Assembly (NCBI GenBank): GCA_902476645.1
Contig: CABSEG010000002.1
Coordinates: 4,632-68,631, forward strand
DNA length: 64,000 nucleotides
Source: an uncultured Lachnospiraceae bacterium
GTDB taxonomy: Bacteria > Bacillota > Clostridia > Lachnospirales > Lachnospiraceae
Direction: 5' to 3'
The notes beneath the pieces were generated by a model. That model did no database searches, had not been told where the DNA came from, and was given only the letters and a program-made list of their open reading frames with translations. Position numbers and translations under genes: made by a program. Numbering within the stretch: position 1 is the stretch's first letter; the number at the start of each line of letters is the position of its first letter. Of this stretch, positions 10,953 to 19,586 are shown piece after piece.

Positions 10953-11363
10953 CTACCACCGCATGAAAAAATGCAGAAGACTCCCTGTCAGTTTTCCTGC
11001 GGCTATGCAGATAATAATGATACTCATTCCTTTGGTCAGACCAATTCTTCTGGCAAAAATCGGAAAGATGTTGACCACCTCCGCCAAAGCCAGGATCCAT
11101 CCCCCCACGAAGATTCCAAAAAACAGTCCCATCACAGCTACCCCCACCTGTCCAAGAGGGACCTCCAGACTGTGAATGGTCAACAGGTTTCCGAATATTG
11201 CTCCCAACAGTATCGCATCCTCGTATAAAAGAACATGCTTTCCTGTATGGGTAATGCCAGCATATCTGGTGATCACCCCCAGCCCCACGATCAGGGCAAT
11301 CACTCCTCCGGCCACGATAAAACCACTGCTAATCCCCACCACTCCTAACAGTATCTGCTCCAT
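10953..11363 (-). CDS. spoVAB: Stage V sporulation protein AB
   Basis: Starts at MEQILLGVVG with a GGAGGAAG RBS. It is collinear with B. subtilis SpoVAB, including the ...ALAEVVNIFPIFARRIGL... and GKLTGSLLHF regions. Confidence 0.8.
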   Translation of the reverse strand: MEQILLGVVGISSGFIVAGGVIALIVGLGVITRYAGITHTGKHVLLYEDAILLGAIFGNLLTIHSLEVPLGQVGVAVMGLFFGIFVGGWILALAEVVNIFPIFARRIGLTKGMSIIIICIAAGKLTGSLLHFFMRW

Positions 11364-11373
11364 ACTTCCTCCA

Positions 11374-11997
11374 CTATCCTTTCCTTCCCTTCGCATGTCT
11401 CCCGGCCTCAATCAATGCCGTGTCCACCTCATCCTCATAAGCACGCATCTCCACCTCCATAGGCGTGGGGTCATGGGTCAGCTTCCTGCCTGCGAAATGG
11501 TTAAAAAAGATGAGAATGCCCAGCCCCACTCCAATGGAATACATAAGTTCCAAAATCGTAAAGCCGTCGGAAGTACTCCCTGTCACCTGCTTATATACCT
11601 GACCAAACAGCTTTGGCAAATCCACATCGTTATTAAAAGTCATGATGGTAAAAGCCGCGCCAAAAAAGGCAATCAAACATACGAGTATGGTTTTTGTCCA
11701 GCTCGTCCAGACTCCAGGGCTTTTCTTTTTAGGATAGGTAACAATAAAGTCATATTCCCCGATGTTGTTGACTTCCAGATTGGGATATTCCTTTTGGATC
11801 TGGGCAATAATCTCCATCAGAGACATGGCATGGCGTCCCGGTTTTCCGTCTGTAGCTCCTTCTATTTTCATAGTACGAAGCTTGTTTTCCACATTCTGAT
11901 CTGTACAAATCAGTTGCGCAATATCTCCAAGGACCACCCGCTTATCATGTACTTCCACATTCCGGTCGATCTTGATATATAAGGTATCGTTGCTCAT
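11374..11997 (-). CDS. spoVAA: Stage V sporulation protein AA
   Basis: Starting at MSNDTLYIKIDRNVEV gives 207 aa, against 206 aa for B. subtilis SpoVAA. Shared motifs: YSIGVGLGILIFFNHF and PTPMEVEM. I judged the track's 271-aa form to be an artificial N-terminal extension. Confidence 0.8.
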   Translation of the reverse strand: MSNDTLYIKIDRNVEVHDKRVVLGDIAQLICTDQNVENKLRTMKIEGATDGKPGRHAMSLMEIIAQIQKEYPNLEVNNIGEYDFIVTYPKKKSPGVWTSWTKTILVCLIAFFGAAFTIMTFNNDVDLPKLFGQVYKQVTGSTSDGFTILELMYSIGVGLGILIFFNHFAGRKLTHDPTPMEVEMRAYEDEVDTALIEAGRHAKGRKG

Positions 11998-12155
11998 AGC
12001 TTCGCCACTTCCCGAACTGCAGTTGCCCGGCGTACCAAAGTTCCCCGTTTTGCCTGCTGTTGCTCCTTCACATAGGCTGTATAAAGCATAAAACCGGTCA
12101 GCGCCGCTGCCATCAGAATCAGAATCATACAGGTGGTTATTTTCCTTTTTCGCAT
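11994..12155 (-). CDS. Unlisted 53-aa micro-ORF encoding a single-TM peptide, translationally coupled to spoVAA
   Basis: MRKRKITTCMILILMAAALTGFMLYTAYVKEQQQAKRGTLVRRATAVREVAKL. A GGGAGG RBS sits 8 nt upstream of the ATG at 12153-12155. Its TGA overlaps the spoVAA ATG (ATGA). It is below the track's 60-aa cut-off. Confidence 0.4.
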   Translation of the reverse strand: MRKRKITTCMILILMAAALTGFMLYTAYVKEQQQAKRGTLVRRATAVREVAKL

Positions 12156-12200
12156 TTGCACTGCCTCCCATTCTTCTGTTTTTCCTCATTGATACGGTAC

Positions 12201-12229
12201 TAGTATCCTGTTTTTTTTCAAAAATATAC
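12201..12229 (-). promoter_or_regulatory. Forespore-type (sigmaG/sigmaF-like) promoter upstream of the spoVA genes
   Basis: The minus strand reads GTATA, then 17 nt, then GATACTA. This is close to the GnATA/CATnnTA consensus known for the B. subtilis sigmaG-dependent spoVA promoter. Confidence 0.35.
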
Positions 12230-12236
12230 GGGGAAG

Positions 12237-12953
12237 CTATGAAAACCTCCCCCGCAGCTTCTGCAATATTTTTTTTTCAAAACGGGATACCTGCACTTGG
12301 GTCATCCCCATCACGGCGGCCACCTGCACCTGGGTTTTATCTTCAAAGTAGCGAAGCCGAATCAGGGTACGTTCGTCGTTTCCAAGCTTTCCTAAAAGCT
12401 CATCCAGGACAATATGATCCAAAAGGGCCTCATTGGGATTTGCCTCCCACTCCAGCTTATCGATCAGGCTGATGGCGTTTCCATTTCCCTGATAGATGGT
12501 TTTATAGAGGGATTCCACCTCTGCGGAGGACTCCATAGCCAATACAATATCCTCTCTGGCTGCTCCAATTTCCTTTGAAATTTCTTCCAGGGTTGCCTCC
12601 CTTCCGTGTTTTTTTTCCAAAGCCTCCTTTGCCATATAGGCTTTGGCAGCAGTCTCTTTTAAGGTTCTGCTGACCTTGATCATCCCGTCATCTCTCAAAA
12701 AACGTTTGATTTCTCCCGCGATCATGGGAACCGCATAGGTGGAAAACTTTACCTCAAATCCCAGATCAAATTTATCAATGGCCTTTAGCAGCCCGATACA
12801 GCCAATCTGCACCAGATCCTCCACATCGTAGCCCCTGCCGGCAAATCTCTTTACCGTGGAGTAGACCAGCCCCATGTTTTCTTCTACCAGTGTTTCTCTT
12901 GCCTGCTTATCCCCCTTGTGCGACATCTCCAGTAATGTCAGGGTACGATCCAT
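12237..12953 (-). CDS. sigF: Sporulation sigma factor SigF
   Basis: 238 aa, a sigma-70 family protein (regions 2-4) placed immediately after spoIIAA-spoIIAB. It carries the DLVQIGCIGLLKAIDKFD motif. Confidence 0.9.
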   Translation of the reverse strand: MDRTLTLLEMSHKGDKQARETLVEENMGLVYSTVKRFAGRGYDVEDLVQIGCIGLLKAIDKFDLGFEVKFSTYAVPMIAGEIKRFLRDDGMIKVSRTLKETAAKAYMAKEALEKKHGREATLEEISKEIGAAREDIVLAMESSAEVESLYKTIYQGNGNAISLIDKLEWEANPNEALLDHIVLDELLGKLGNDERTLIRLRYFEDKTQVQVAAVMGMTQVQVSRFEKKILQKLRGRFS

Positions 12954-12963
12954 AGCCTTCCTT

Positions 12964-13410
12964 TCACTGCTCGAATTTATTGGTGGTCTTTCCGATCTCC
13001 TTTTTCATAGATACTACAGTTCCCTTGCCCGGCTCAGATTCCACCTTTACTTCATCCATAAACGCTTCCATAAACGCGAATCCCATGCCCGAGCGTTCCG
13101 TCTCCGGTTTTGTGGTAAACAAAGGCTCCATGGCCTTTTCAATATCCTCAATCCCGCATCCGTAGTCCATGACTTCCATAAAAAGCGTTTGCCCTTCAAT
13201 TCTGCACTGTACCGTAATCTTTTCTATCCTGCCCTCATAGGCGTGCACCACCGAATTGGTCACCGCCTCCGATAAAGCTGTCTTTACGTCCGCCACTTCC
13301 TCCAATGTGGGATTCAGCTGTGTCATAAACGCCGCCACGGACACCCTGGCGAACCCCTCATTGCAGGATCTGCTGTCAAACTCCAGTTTCATTTCATTCG
13401 CATTGCTCAT
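12964..13410 (-). CDS. spoIIAB: Anti-sigma F factor (serine kinase) SpoIIAB
   Basis: 148 aa with a GHKL ATPase fold: N-box EAVTNSVVHAY and G-box GMGF. Synteny supports the call. Confidence 0.9.
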   Translation of the reverse strand: MSNANEMKLEFDSRSCNEGFARVSVAAFMTQLNPTLEEVADVKTALSEAVTNSVVHAYEGRIEKITVQCRIEGQTLFMEVMDYGCGIEDIEKAMEPLFTTKPETERSGMGFAFMEAFMDEVKVESEPGKGTVVSMKKEIGKTTNKFEQ

Positions 13411-13422
13411 AATGCTCCCCCT

Positions 13423-13758
13423 TTAATATAGTTTTGACTGCTGCGGCAGCCCCTCGTAGATGTCAATCACTTTGTAGACGCCTGACAGTGTAAGTATTCT
13501 TCGGATCTGTTCATTGGCCCGGATCGCGATCACAGTTCCCCCGGTAAACCGAATGTTTTTATACCGACCCATAATCATGCCAATCCCTGAACTGTCCATA
13601 AAGTTTGTCTTGCCAAAATCAAAAGTAATGCTGCGTATGTTATGATTTTGAAGAATCTGATCCGCCCCGCTTTTAATCTGCTGTGCATTGTGGTGATCTA
13701 ATTCCGCAGGCACCACAATGGTCAGGTTCGTTCCAGAAATTTTAAAATAGCTCTCCAT
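13423..13758 (-). CDS. spoIIAA: Anti-sigma F factor antagonist SpoIIAA (STAS domain)
   Basis: Starts at MESYFKISGTNLTI with a GGGGAGAAAGGGG RBS. It has the phosphorylatable-serine motif FMDSSGIG. Confidence 0.9.
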   Translation of the reverse strand: MESYFKISGTNLTIVVPAELDHHNAQQIKSGADQILQNHNIRSITFDFGKTNFMDSSGIGMIMGRYKNIRFTGGTVIAIRANEQIRRILTLSGVYKVIDIYEGLPQQSKLY

Positions 13759-13850
13759 GCATGCAATCCCCTTTCTCCCCTTTTTTCTTTCCGCCTTACC
13801 CTCCAATCCGCCGTCCCGCTCTTTTTCCAGGTTCCATCAAAGATGCCAAA

Positions 13851-13878
13851 GGGGACGCACGCTTTTGCATGCGTCCCC
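13851..13878 (-). terminator. Intrinsic terminator after the zinc-ribbon/TPR gene
   Basis: A 9-bp stem, GGGGACGCA/TGCGTCCCC, followed on the minus strand by TTTGGCATCTTTG. Confidence 0.5.
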
Positions 13879-13930
13879 TGTTTGGAGGTTTCTCGGTGGT
13901 ATCTTCTTCGCAATTCCTATTGTAACATAT

Positions 13931-15526
13931 TTACTGAGCTGTACGCCCCTGATCGGTTCCATTACCGGGGGAAGACAGAGTCCTGTCCACCCCTGGAGCG
14001 GTCGTCTGATCCGGGGAGCCAGTTCCCCCTTCTGTCTGAGTGGTCCCATTTCCCTGGCCGTCTCCCGTTTCGCTCTCTTCTGTCTCCTGTTCATCTCCAG
14101 TCTCACTCTCATTTGTCTCCAAAGATGTTCTGTCTCCTGTCTCCTCCTCCGTAATATATCCCTGCACTGCGGCTGCCTGTGCCGGAAATTTCTGAACAAT
14201 TTCCCGGAAGATCTCATTGGACTTCCCAGTATCCCCCTGTCTATAATAGGAAAATCCCAGATACAGCATGGCCTCATAATCATCCTCTTTCGCATCCAGC
14301 GCCTTTAAATAATTTTCTATAGCCGTATCATAATCCCCCTGCAAATAAGCTGTGTCCGCAACTCCCCGGGCTGCCTGGTAAACTGCGTCACCCACAGCCT
14401 CGCTTAACGCGTCGTATAACTCCTTTCCTGCCCCGGTCATCGTGTCCTGATCTATAGATGCCAGAGACTCGGCAACTCCAGTCTGGTCCCCGTCCAAATA
14501 CAGCTTAGCCGCCTTCAAAATCTCATCGTAAGACTCGGCCTTCCGGTCCGCCTCATCCATCGTATCCTCTGCTTCCTGCACCTTGGCCTGATAGCCCTCA
14601 ATCTCTTCCTGCAGCCCCTGAACTCTGGCCGCCTCCGCAGCCATCTTGGAATTAGCGGCCGTTACCTGCTGATTCGCGCTCTCATGAATACTTTGCTTAG
14701 TTCCGGGCACAATCAGGAAATAGACGATAGCCCCTCCTAAAATCAACCCCAGAAGGATATTCAAAAAGGTGGCCACAGTAGAGCTGTCCCGAAAGGTCGT
14801 GGGCTGAATGATCATTTCGTTGCCGTTCATGTAGGTCATCGTTCCGGTCAGCTTGTTTACCTTTTCTTTTGCATACCTTTTTTTTCGCTTAACATCCAGA
14901 CTGGTACTGATTCCCGTGGCATTCTCCACTTCCTTCAGATAGCGCAGCGTTGTGGTATTGGTGGTGTCGATATAGGCTGCTTTTCTCAGAAGCTTTCTGG
15001 CCTTCTCGTATTCCTGCTGCTTTAAGTACAGCAAAGAGAGAAGATGGTAGGCTTTGATAAACTTGGGATTTTGCGCCAGTACCTTCTTGAGCTGGATCAC
15101 CGCCATATCGTCATTATCCTGTCGGCAGTAGATCAAAGCCTGGTTATACTTGCGTATGGTTTGGTTAATGGTATCCAGTTTGTTCTTATTGGACTGAAGC
15201 TGTTCAATATAAAAATCCGCCGCATTCTGAGGCACATTCATATTTTTACTAATGACCCACTCACTCAGGGCGGATACCACCTCTCCCGTCTCAAAATAGA
15301 CCAAGCCCAGCAGGTTTCTGGCATCCACATTTTCCTTGTTAAACTTCAGACTTCGCTTCAGGCACACAATAGCCCCTGACAAATCCCGCACCGTGGCTTT
15401 CTCCAGCCCTTCGTTGTAAAGAAGATTGGAAATACGGCCGATGCGCTTTTGCAGCGTAATATCAGCGCCGCACCCGGTACAGTAGTCAATACCTGCCAGC
15501 GGCGTACCGCAATAAATACAATTCAT
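13931..15526 (-). CDS. Zinc-ribbon / TPR-repeat membrane protein with an acidic low-complexity C-terminus
   Basis: 531 aa. The N-terminus has CxxC...CxxC (MNCIYCGTPLAGIDYCTGCG). It has TPR-like repeats at both ends, a central TM (VATFLNILLGLILGGAIVYFLIV) and a tail of ETNESETGDEQETEESETGDGQG. Confidence 0.7.
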   Translation of the reverse strand: MNCIYCGTPLAGIDYCTGCGADITLQKRIGRISNLLYNEGLEKATVRDLSGAIVCLKRSLKFNKENVDARNLLGLVYFETGEVVSALSEWVISKNMNVPQNAADFYIEQLQSNKNKLDTINQTIRKYNQALIYCRQDNDDMAVIQLKKVLAQNPKFIKAYHLLSLLYLKQQEYEKARKLLRKAAYIDTTNTTTLRYLKEVENATGISTSLDVKRKKRYAKEKVNKLTGTMTYMNGNEMIIQPTTFRDSSTVATFLNILLGLILGGAIVYFLIVPGTKQSIHESANQQVTAANSKMAAEAARVQGLQEEIEGYQAKVQEAEDTMDEADRKAESYDEILKAAKLYLDGDQTGVAESLASIDQDTMTGAGKELYDALSEAVGDAVYQAARGVADTAYLQGDYDTAIENYLKALDAKEDDYEAMLYLGFSYYRQGDTGKSNEIFREIVQKFPAQAAAVQGYITEEETGDRTSLETNESETGDEQETEESETGDGQGNGTTQTEGGTGSPDQTTAPGVDRTLSSPGNGTDQGRTAQ

Positions 15527-15535
15527 AGTAACCCC

Positions 15536-15682
15536 TTATCTTTTCTTGTTCTTTTCTTCCTGTATCAGTTCTTTCAAAATATCGGTAATGTCCGTCAAAT
15601 CTCTGGTGTAAATGGCATCCTCCGCCTCGTTCACATCCAGACACGGATGAAATTTTTTCAGCTCTTCTTCGTAATTAATCAT
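15536..15682 (-). CDS. Unlisted 48-aa ORF between folC and the TPR gene
   Basis: MINYEEELKKFHPCLDVNEAEDAIYTRDLTDITDILKELIQEEKNKKR. Its ATG directly abuts the folC stop (TAAATG), and its 3' end carries the AAGGGG RBS of the next gene. Confidence 0.35.
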   Translation of the reverse strand: MINYEEELKKFHPCLDVNEAEDAIYTRDLTDITDILKELIQEEKNKKR

Positions 15683-16981
15683 TTATCTCTCCTCCAGTAT
15701 ACGCTTGATCTCTCCCACCAGATAAAGGGAGCCAACGCAGAATAATGTCCCGTTCTCCTTTTCCTTTCTGGCTTCTTCAAAGGCTAAAGAAACCTCTGGG
15801 ATCGCCTGAACGGGAGCCTTTGTGTATCTTTGAAAAATCTCTGCCAGCTTCCCAGCGGATACCTTTCGATCCTGGCCCACCTCCGTAACGACTATGGACC
15901 GAAGCTGGATGCCAGTACAGATACTCTCAATCATGGTTTCGTAATTTTTCTCCAAAACTGCCGAAAATAACAGCACCACAGGTCCTTCCTCTTCTGCCCG
16001 ACTGGCGGTCCTGATAAATTCCTCCACTCCCGCCGCATTGTGGGCCCCATCCAAAATGATCCCTGGCAGAACGGTCTCCATTCTTCCCTGCCACCTGGTC
16101 CTTTTGACTGCCTGAATGCGTTTTTCCACGGGGATCTCCCTTTCTGTATCCATCACATCCACCGCCATCAAAGCCAGTGTTCCGTTGACAGCCTGATAGA
16201 TGGCAGGGAAGGGAACCTTTACCAGCTCATGATGATAGGATCCCCAATTCAGGGAAAACATTAAAGAATCTCTTCCTGTCTCCAGAATCTGATAGCTTTC
16301 CTGATAAAGGGGATACAAGGGCGCGGACAACTCCCTGGCCCTTTTCTGAATCACCTTCTCTGCTTCCCGATTTCTGCCGTCATAGATCACCGGAACACCT
16401 GGTTTGATGATTCCCGCTTTTTCCCAGGCAATCTTCTCTATGGTATCCCCCAGGATTTCCGTGTGATCCAGACTGATGGAGGTAAGCACCACGGCCAGGG
16501 GATGCTCCACCATATTTGTGGCATCCAGTCTTCCTCCGAGTCCGGTCTCCAACACCGCATACTCTATCTTCGCATTGCGAAAGGCCACCATAGCTGTGGC
16601 AAACAGCAATTCGAAATAAGTGGGATGAGCAAACCCGTCTTTTGTCATTGCCTCTATGGCACCGTGAACCTCCCGGTAGGCATCCAAAAACGCCGAATCC
16701 GAGATCGGTACATTGTTGATTTGAAACCGCTCATTAATCTTTACCAGGTGAGGGGAGGTAAACAAGCCCACGTTTTTCCCCGCCTGCTCCAGGATCTCTG
16801 AGAGAAACGCACAGACGGAACCCTTCCCGTTGGTGCCGGCCACATGGATGATCTTCATCCCCCGTTCCGGTCTGCCCAGGCGTTCCATCAGCTCCACTGT
16901 ATTTTCAATCTTATTCTTTTTCGTAAATTTGGGAACACTGAAAATGTATTCCACTGCTTCCTCGTAGTTCAATTCTGTCAC
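15683..16981 (-). CDS. folC: Bifunctional folylpolyglutamate synthase / dihydrofolate synthase
   Basis: 432 aa with HVAGTNGKGSV (Mur-ligase P-loop). It appears to use a GTG start with a weak RBS. Confidence 0.9.
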   Translation of the reverse strand: MTELNYEEAVEYIFSVPKFTKKNKIENTVELMERLGRPERGMKIIHVAGTNGKGSVCAFLSEILEQAGKNVGLFTSPHLVKINERFQINNVPISDSAFLDAYREVHGAIEAMTKDGFAHPTYFELLFATAMVAFRNAKIEYAVLETGLGGRLDATNMVEHPLAVVLTSISLDHTEILGDTIEKIAWEKAGIIKPGVPVIYDGRNREAEKVIQKRARELSAPLYPLYQESYQILETGRDSLMFSLNWGSYHHELVKVPFPAIYQAVNGTLALMAVDVMDTEREIPVEKRIQAVKRTRWQGRMETVLPGIILDGAHNAAGVEEFIRTASRAEEEGPVVLLFSAVLEKNYETMIESICTGIQLRSIVVTEVGQDRKVSAGKLAEIFQRYTKAPVQAIPEVSLAFEEARKEKENGTLFCVGSLYLVGEIKRILEER

Positions 16982-17015
16982 CGCTTTGCTTTTGTTTTCT
17001 GTTTCGAACAGTTAC

Positions 17016-17043
17016 ATTATAATATAGTGCCCGCAATATGCAA
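17016..17043 (-). promoter_or_regulatory. Sigma-70-type promoter for folC
   Basis: The minus strand reads TTGCAT, 16 nt, TATAAT, about 35 nt upstream of the folC start. Confidence 0.4.
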
Positions 17044-17089
17044 GTAAATTTTTTCGCAATATCTTCCAAAATCCGTGTAAGAACAAGAC

Positions 17090-17115
17090 GGGACAGTGTT
17101 CATGAACACTGTCCC
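17090..17115 (-). terminator. Intrinsic terminator after the amino-acid ABC operon
   Basis: The perfect hairpin GGGACAGTGTTCATGAACACTGTCCC is followed on the minus strand by GTCTTGTTCTT. Confidence 0.55.
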
Positions 17116-17123
17116 CACACTTA

Positions 17124-17879
17124 TCACAGCACTTTGCTTAGGAAACTCTTTAACCGGTCTGTCTGCGGATGCTCGAAAAACTCCTTGGGAGGATTCTGCT
17201 CCACAATCTTTCCTTCTGCCATAAAGATGACCCGATCTGCCACCTCTCTGGCAAAGCCCATCTCATGGGTAACCACCACCATGGTCATATGCTCCTTGGC
17301 CAGTTCCCCCATCACTCTTAATACTTCTCCCACCATCTCCGGATCCAGCGCCGAGGTGGGCTCATCAAAAAGCATCACTTCCGGATTCATACAGAGCGCC
17401 CTGACTATGGCAATCCTCTGCTTCTGTCCACCGGATAGCTGATTGGGATAGGCCATAGCCCGGTCTGCCAACCCTACCCGCTCCAGGAGCTCCATGGCCT
17501 GTTTCTCCGCATCCTCCTTGCTCCTCTTTTGAAGCTTCATAGGCGCAAGGGTCATATTTTTCAGGACTGTCATATGGGGAAACAGGTTAAAATGCTGAAA
17601 AACCATTCCCATTTTCTGTCGATGTCTGTTTATGTCCGTCTTGGCATCCATCAAGTCTGCGCCGTCAAAAATAATCCGGCCGGAGGTGGGATCCTCCAGG
17701 CGGTTTAAGCAGCGCAAAAACGTACTCTTTCCTGAACCCGAGGGGCCTACGACAAAGACCACTTCCCCTCTTTTGATGTCCGTGGTGACTCCGTTTAAGG
17801 CGTGAACAGTGCCCTTGTCAAAGGATTTCTTTAAATCCTGCACCTGAATCAGCACTCTGCTTTCCGTCTTATCGCTCAC
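17124..17879 (-). CDS. Polar amino-acid ABC transporter ATP-binding protein (GlnQ-like)
   Basis: 251 aa with Walker [10 protein letters not shown], signature LSGGQKQR and Walker [12 protein letters not shown]. Confidence 0.9.
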   Translation of the reverse strand: MSDKTESRVLIQVQDLKKSFDKGTVHALNGVTTDIKRGEVVFVVGPSGSGKSTFLRCLNRLEDPTSGRIIFDGADLMDAKTDINRHRQKMGMVFQHFNLFPHMTVLKNMTLAPMKLQKRSKEDAEKQAMELLERVGLADRAMAYPNQLSGGQKQRIAIVRALCMNPEVMLFDEPTSALDPEMVGEVLRVMGELAKEHMTMVVVTHEMGFAREVADRVIFMAEGKIVEQNPPKEFFEHPQTDRLKSFLSKVL

Positions 17880-18549
17880 TGTTTCGCAGCCTCCTCTCCA
17901 ACAACTGTACCAGTTTTGTAAATATCATAACCAGAACCAGATAAATAATGGCCACCGCAAACAGGGGCAGCATAGCCTCAAAGGTTCTGCTTCGGATAAT
18001 GTCTCCTCCTTTGGTTAAATCTTCCAGGGCTATGTAACCCGCCACAGAGGTCTCCTTTAAGAGTACGATAAACTCGTTTGCCAGAGACGGCAGTACATTC
18101 CGAAACACCTGGGGGAGAATAATGTAGCGCATGGTCTGCACATAACTAAAACCAAGGCTTCTGCCCGCTTCCATCTGCCCATTGTCAATAGACTCAATAC
18201 CGCCCCGGATGATCTCTGCCACGTAGGCTCCGGAATTGATACCAAAGGCCAAGATTGCCACCAAAGTCTTGCTGATATTTACAGAGGAAAAGACTACATA
18301 ATAGATAATCATCAGTTGCAATACCACCGGTGTTCCCCGAATCACGGTCAGATACACATTGCAAATGAAATTAAGAATCTTCAGCTTTTTCGTCTTATTA
18401 TAGGTAGCGCGAATGACGGCCACCAGAAATCCCAGCACGATCCCAATCAGAACGGCAAACAACGTTACCGTCAGTGTGGTCTTCAGACCGTTCACCAGGT
18501 ACATGTAGCGGTCATCCTCAATAAAATTCTGATAAAGCTTCTCTGCCAT
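17869..18549 (-). CDS. Polar amino-acid ABC transporter permease
   Basis: 226 aa, HisM/GlnP-type, with an EAA-like loop ([21 protein letters not shown]). It overlaps the ATPase gene. Confidence 0.9.
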   Translation of the reverse strand: MAEKLYQNFIEDDRYMYLVNGLKTTLTVTLFAVLIGIVLGFLVAVIRATYNKTKKLKILNFICNVYLTVIRGTPVVLQLMIIYYVVFSSVNISKTLVAILAFGINSGAYVAEIIRGGIESIDNGQMEAGRSLGFSYVQTMRYIILPQVFRNVLPSLANEFIVLLKETSVAGYIALEDLTKGGDIIRSRTFEAMLPLFAVAIIYLVLVMIFTKLVQLLERRLRNSER

Positions 18550-18563
18550 AGTCCTTCATCCTT

Positions 18564-19373
18564 TTACTCTGCAGTGATGTATTTGTCAATAATCTCCTGA
18601 AGCTCTCCGGATTCCTTCAGCTCCGCCAGGGCCCCGTTTACCTTTTCTAACAGTTCGTCGTTGTCCTTTGCCATGGCGATGGCGTATTCTTCCTCGGTAA
18701 AAGCCTCATCGAGAATCTTTAAGCCCTCATTCTGGCTGACGAATACCTTTGCCGGCTCCCGGTCGATGATCACTGCGTCGATCTTGTCCTGGAGCAGTGA
18801 CTGTACTGCCTCGAAGCCCTTGTTGTAACGCTCCACGGTTCCGTCCTCAATATCTTCGGCATAGATGTCTCCCGTTGTGCCCAGCTGCACGCCTACGGTC
18901 TTCCCCACCAGATCATCCGGGGTGGCAATTTCACTGTCTTCCTTTACAATAATAACCTGGGCAGCTTCCGCATAGGTATCGCTGAAGTTACAGTTCTTCA
19001 GACGATCTTCCGTAACGGTCATACCAGCCACTCCCATATCCGCTTTTCCGGACTGTACAGCAACTAGAATGGAATCAAAAGCCATATCTTCCACTTCCAG
19101 AGTCATGCCCAGCTTTTCCGCAACCGCTCTGGCCATATCCACATCAATTCCTACGATCTCGTCTCCTTCCCGGTACTCGTAGGGCGGAAACTCTGCGTTG
19201 GTAGCCATCACCAACGTACCGCCCGCGGCCTGACTATCCGTCTTTTCATCCGCCTGTGCGCTCTGTGCCTCTGTGACTTCGGTTTCGGCCGGCTTGCTTC
19301 CGCATGCGGCCATGGATACCATCATACCTGCGGCTAATATCACACTCATTATCTTTTTCCAATTCCTGCTCAT
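18564..19373 (-). CDS. Amino-acid ABC transporter substrate-binding lipoprotein
   Basis: 269 aa with a lipobox (VSMAAC|GS) and an SBP family 3 pattern (GIDVDMARAVAEKLG). Confidence 0.9.
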   Translation of the reverse strand: MSRNWKKIMSVILAAGMMVSMAACGSKPAETEVTEAQSAQADEKTDSQAAGGTLVMATNAEFPPYEYREGDEIVGIDVDMARAVAEKLGMTLEVEDMAFDSILVAVQSGKADMGVAGMTVTEDRLKNCNFSDTYAEAAQVIIVKEDSEIATPDDLVGKTVGVQLGTTGDIYAEDIEDGTVERYNKGFEAVQSLLQDKIDAVIIDREPAKVFVSQNEGLKILDEAFTEEEYAIAMAKDNDELLEKVNGALAELKESGELQEIIDKYITAE

Positions 19374-19421
19374 GGATCTTCCTCCTCTTTCCTGTTTCTT
19401 TCACAGTATCTTATCCAGCTA

Positions 19422-19450
19422 AATTTATCACCTATCGGCTATCTTGTCAA
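19422..19450 (-). promoter_or_regulatory. Sigma-70-type promoter for the amino-acid ABC operon
   Basis: The minus strand reads TTGACA, 17 nt, TAAATT. Confidence 0.45.
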
Positions 19451-19506
19451 CAGCCGTTATGCATAATTCCGCTGATTTTGACATAAAAATACAAAATCCT
19501 CCCCAC

Positions 19507-19535
19507 TTGTTCCTGCTGCAATAGTGTGCTATACT
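19507..19535 (+). promoter_or_regulatory. Sigma-70-type promoter (extended -10) for the GT2/ATP-grasp/EamA cassette
   Basis: TTGTTC, 17 nt, TATACT, with TGc immediately upstream of the -10. It sits about 50 nt before the ATG at 19587. Confidence 0.45.
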
Positions 19536-19586
19536 CATTATTTAGATTTATGTAATTGAAGTTTAAGATATCCAAAGGAGTCTGCC

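Noticed and set aside
11176-11982. A 268-aa plus-strand ORF antisense to spoVAA/spoVAB. Similar long antisense ORFs occur at 6061..6840, 22474..23235, 25327..26082, 28903..29670, 32562..33281, 33440..34186, 40546..41175, 43480..44088 and 55098..55844.
   Set aside because: Each lies entirely opposite a gene with strong family motifs. They have odd composition (rich in P, R, S, H, C), no RBS and no recognisable domains. They are typical stop-poor antisense frames.
11998-12189. The track's 64-aa N-terminal extension of spoVAA (start at 12189)
   Set aside because: The extension is low-complexity (DSDSDGSGAD..., GNFGTPGNCSSGSG) and would make SpoVAA 65 aa longer than its B. subtilis homologue. 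A different frame holds an RBS-preceded micro-ORF coupled to the ATG at 11997.
13807-13930. A sigmaH promoter and Spo0A boxes upstream of spoIIAA
   Set aside because: I found only weak matches: TGGAAAAA-12 nt-GGATT, and TTCGCAA against the 0A box TTCGACA. This is not good enough to annotate without comparative data.
13931-14160. Repetitive DNA at the 3' end of the TPR gene, considered as a possible tandem repeat or phase-variable tract
   Set aside because: It encodes an acidic low-complexity tail (ETGD/ESE repeats). The units are imperfect and there is no long homopolymer or microsatellite.
19374-19586. A possible T-box or riboswitch leader upstream of the amino-acid ABC operon or the GT2 cassette
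   Set aside because: With the promoters identified, both 5' UTRs are only about 45-50 nt. I saw no conserved leader structure or terminator/antiterminator pair.
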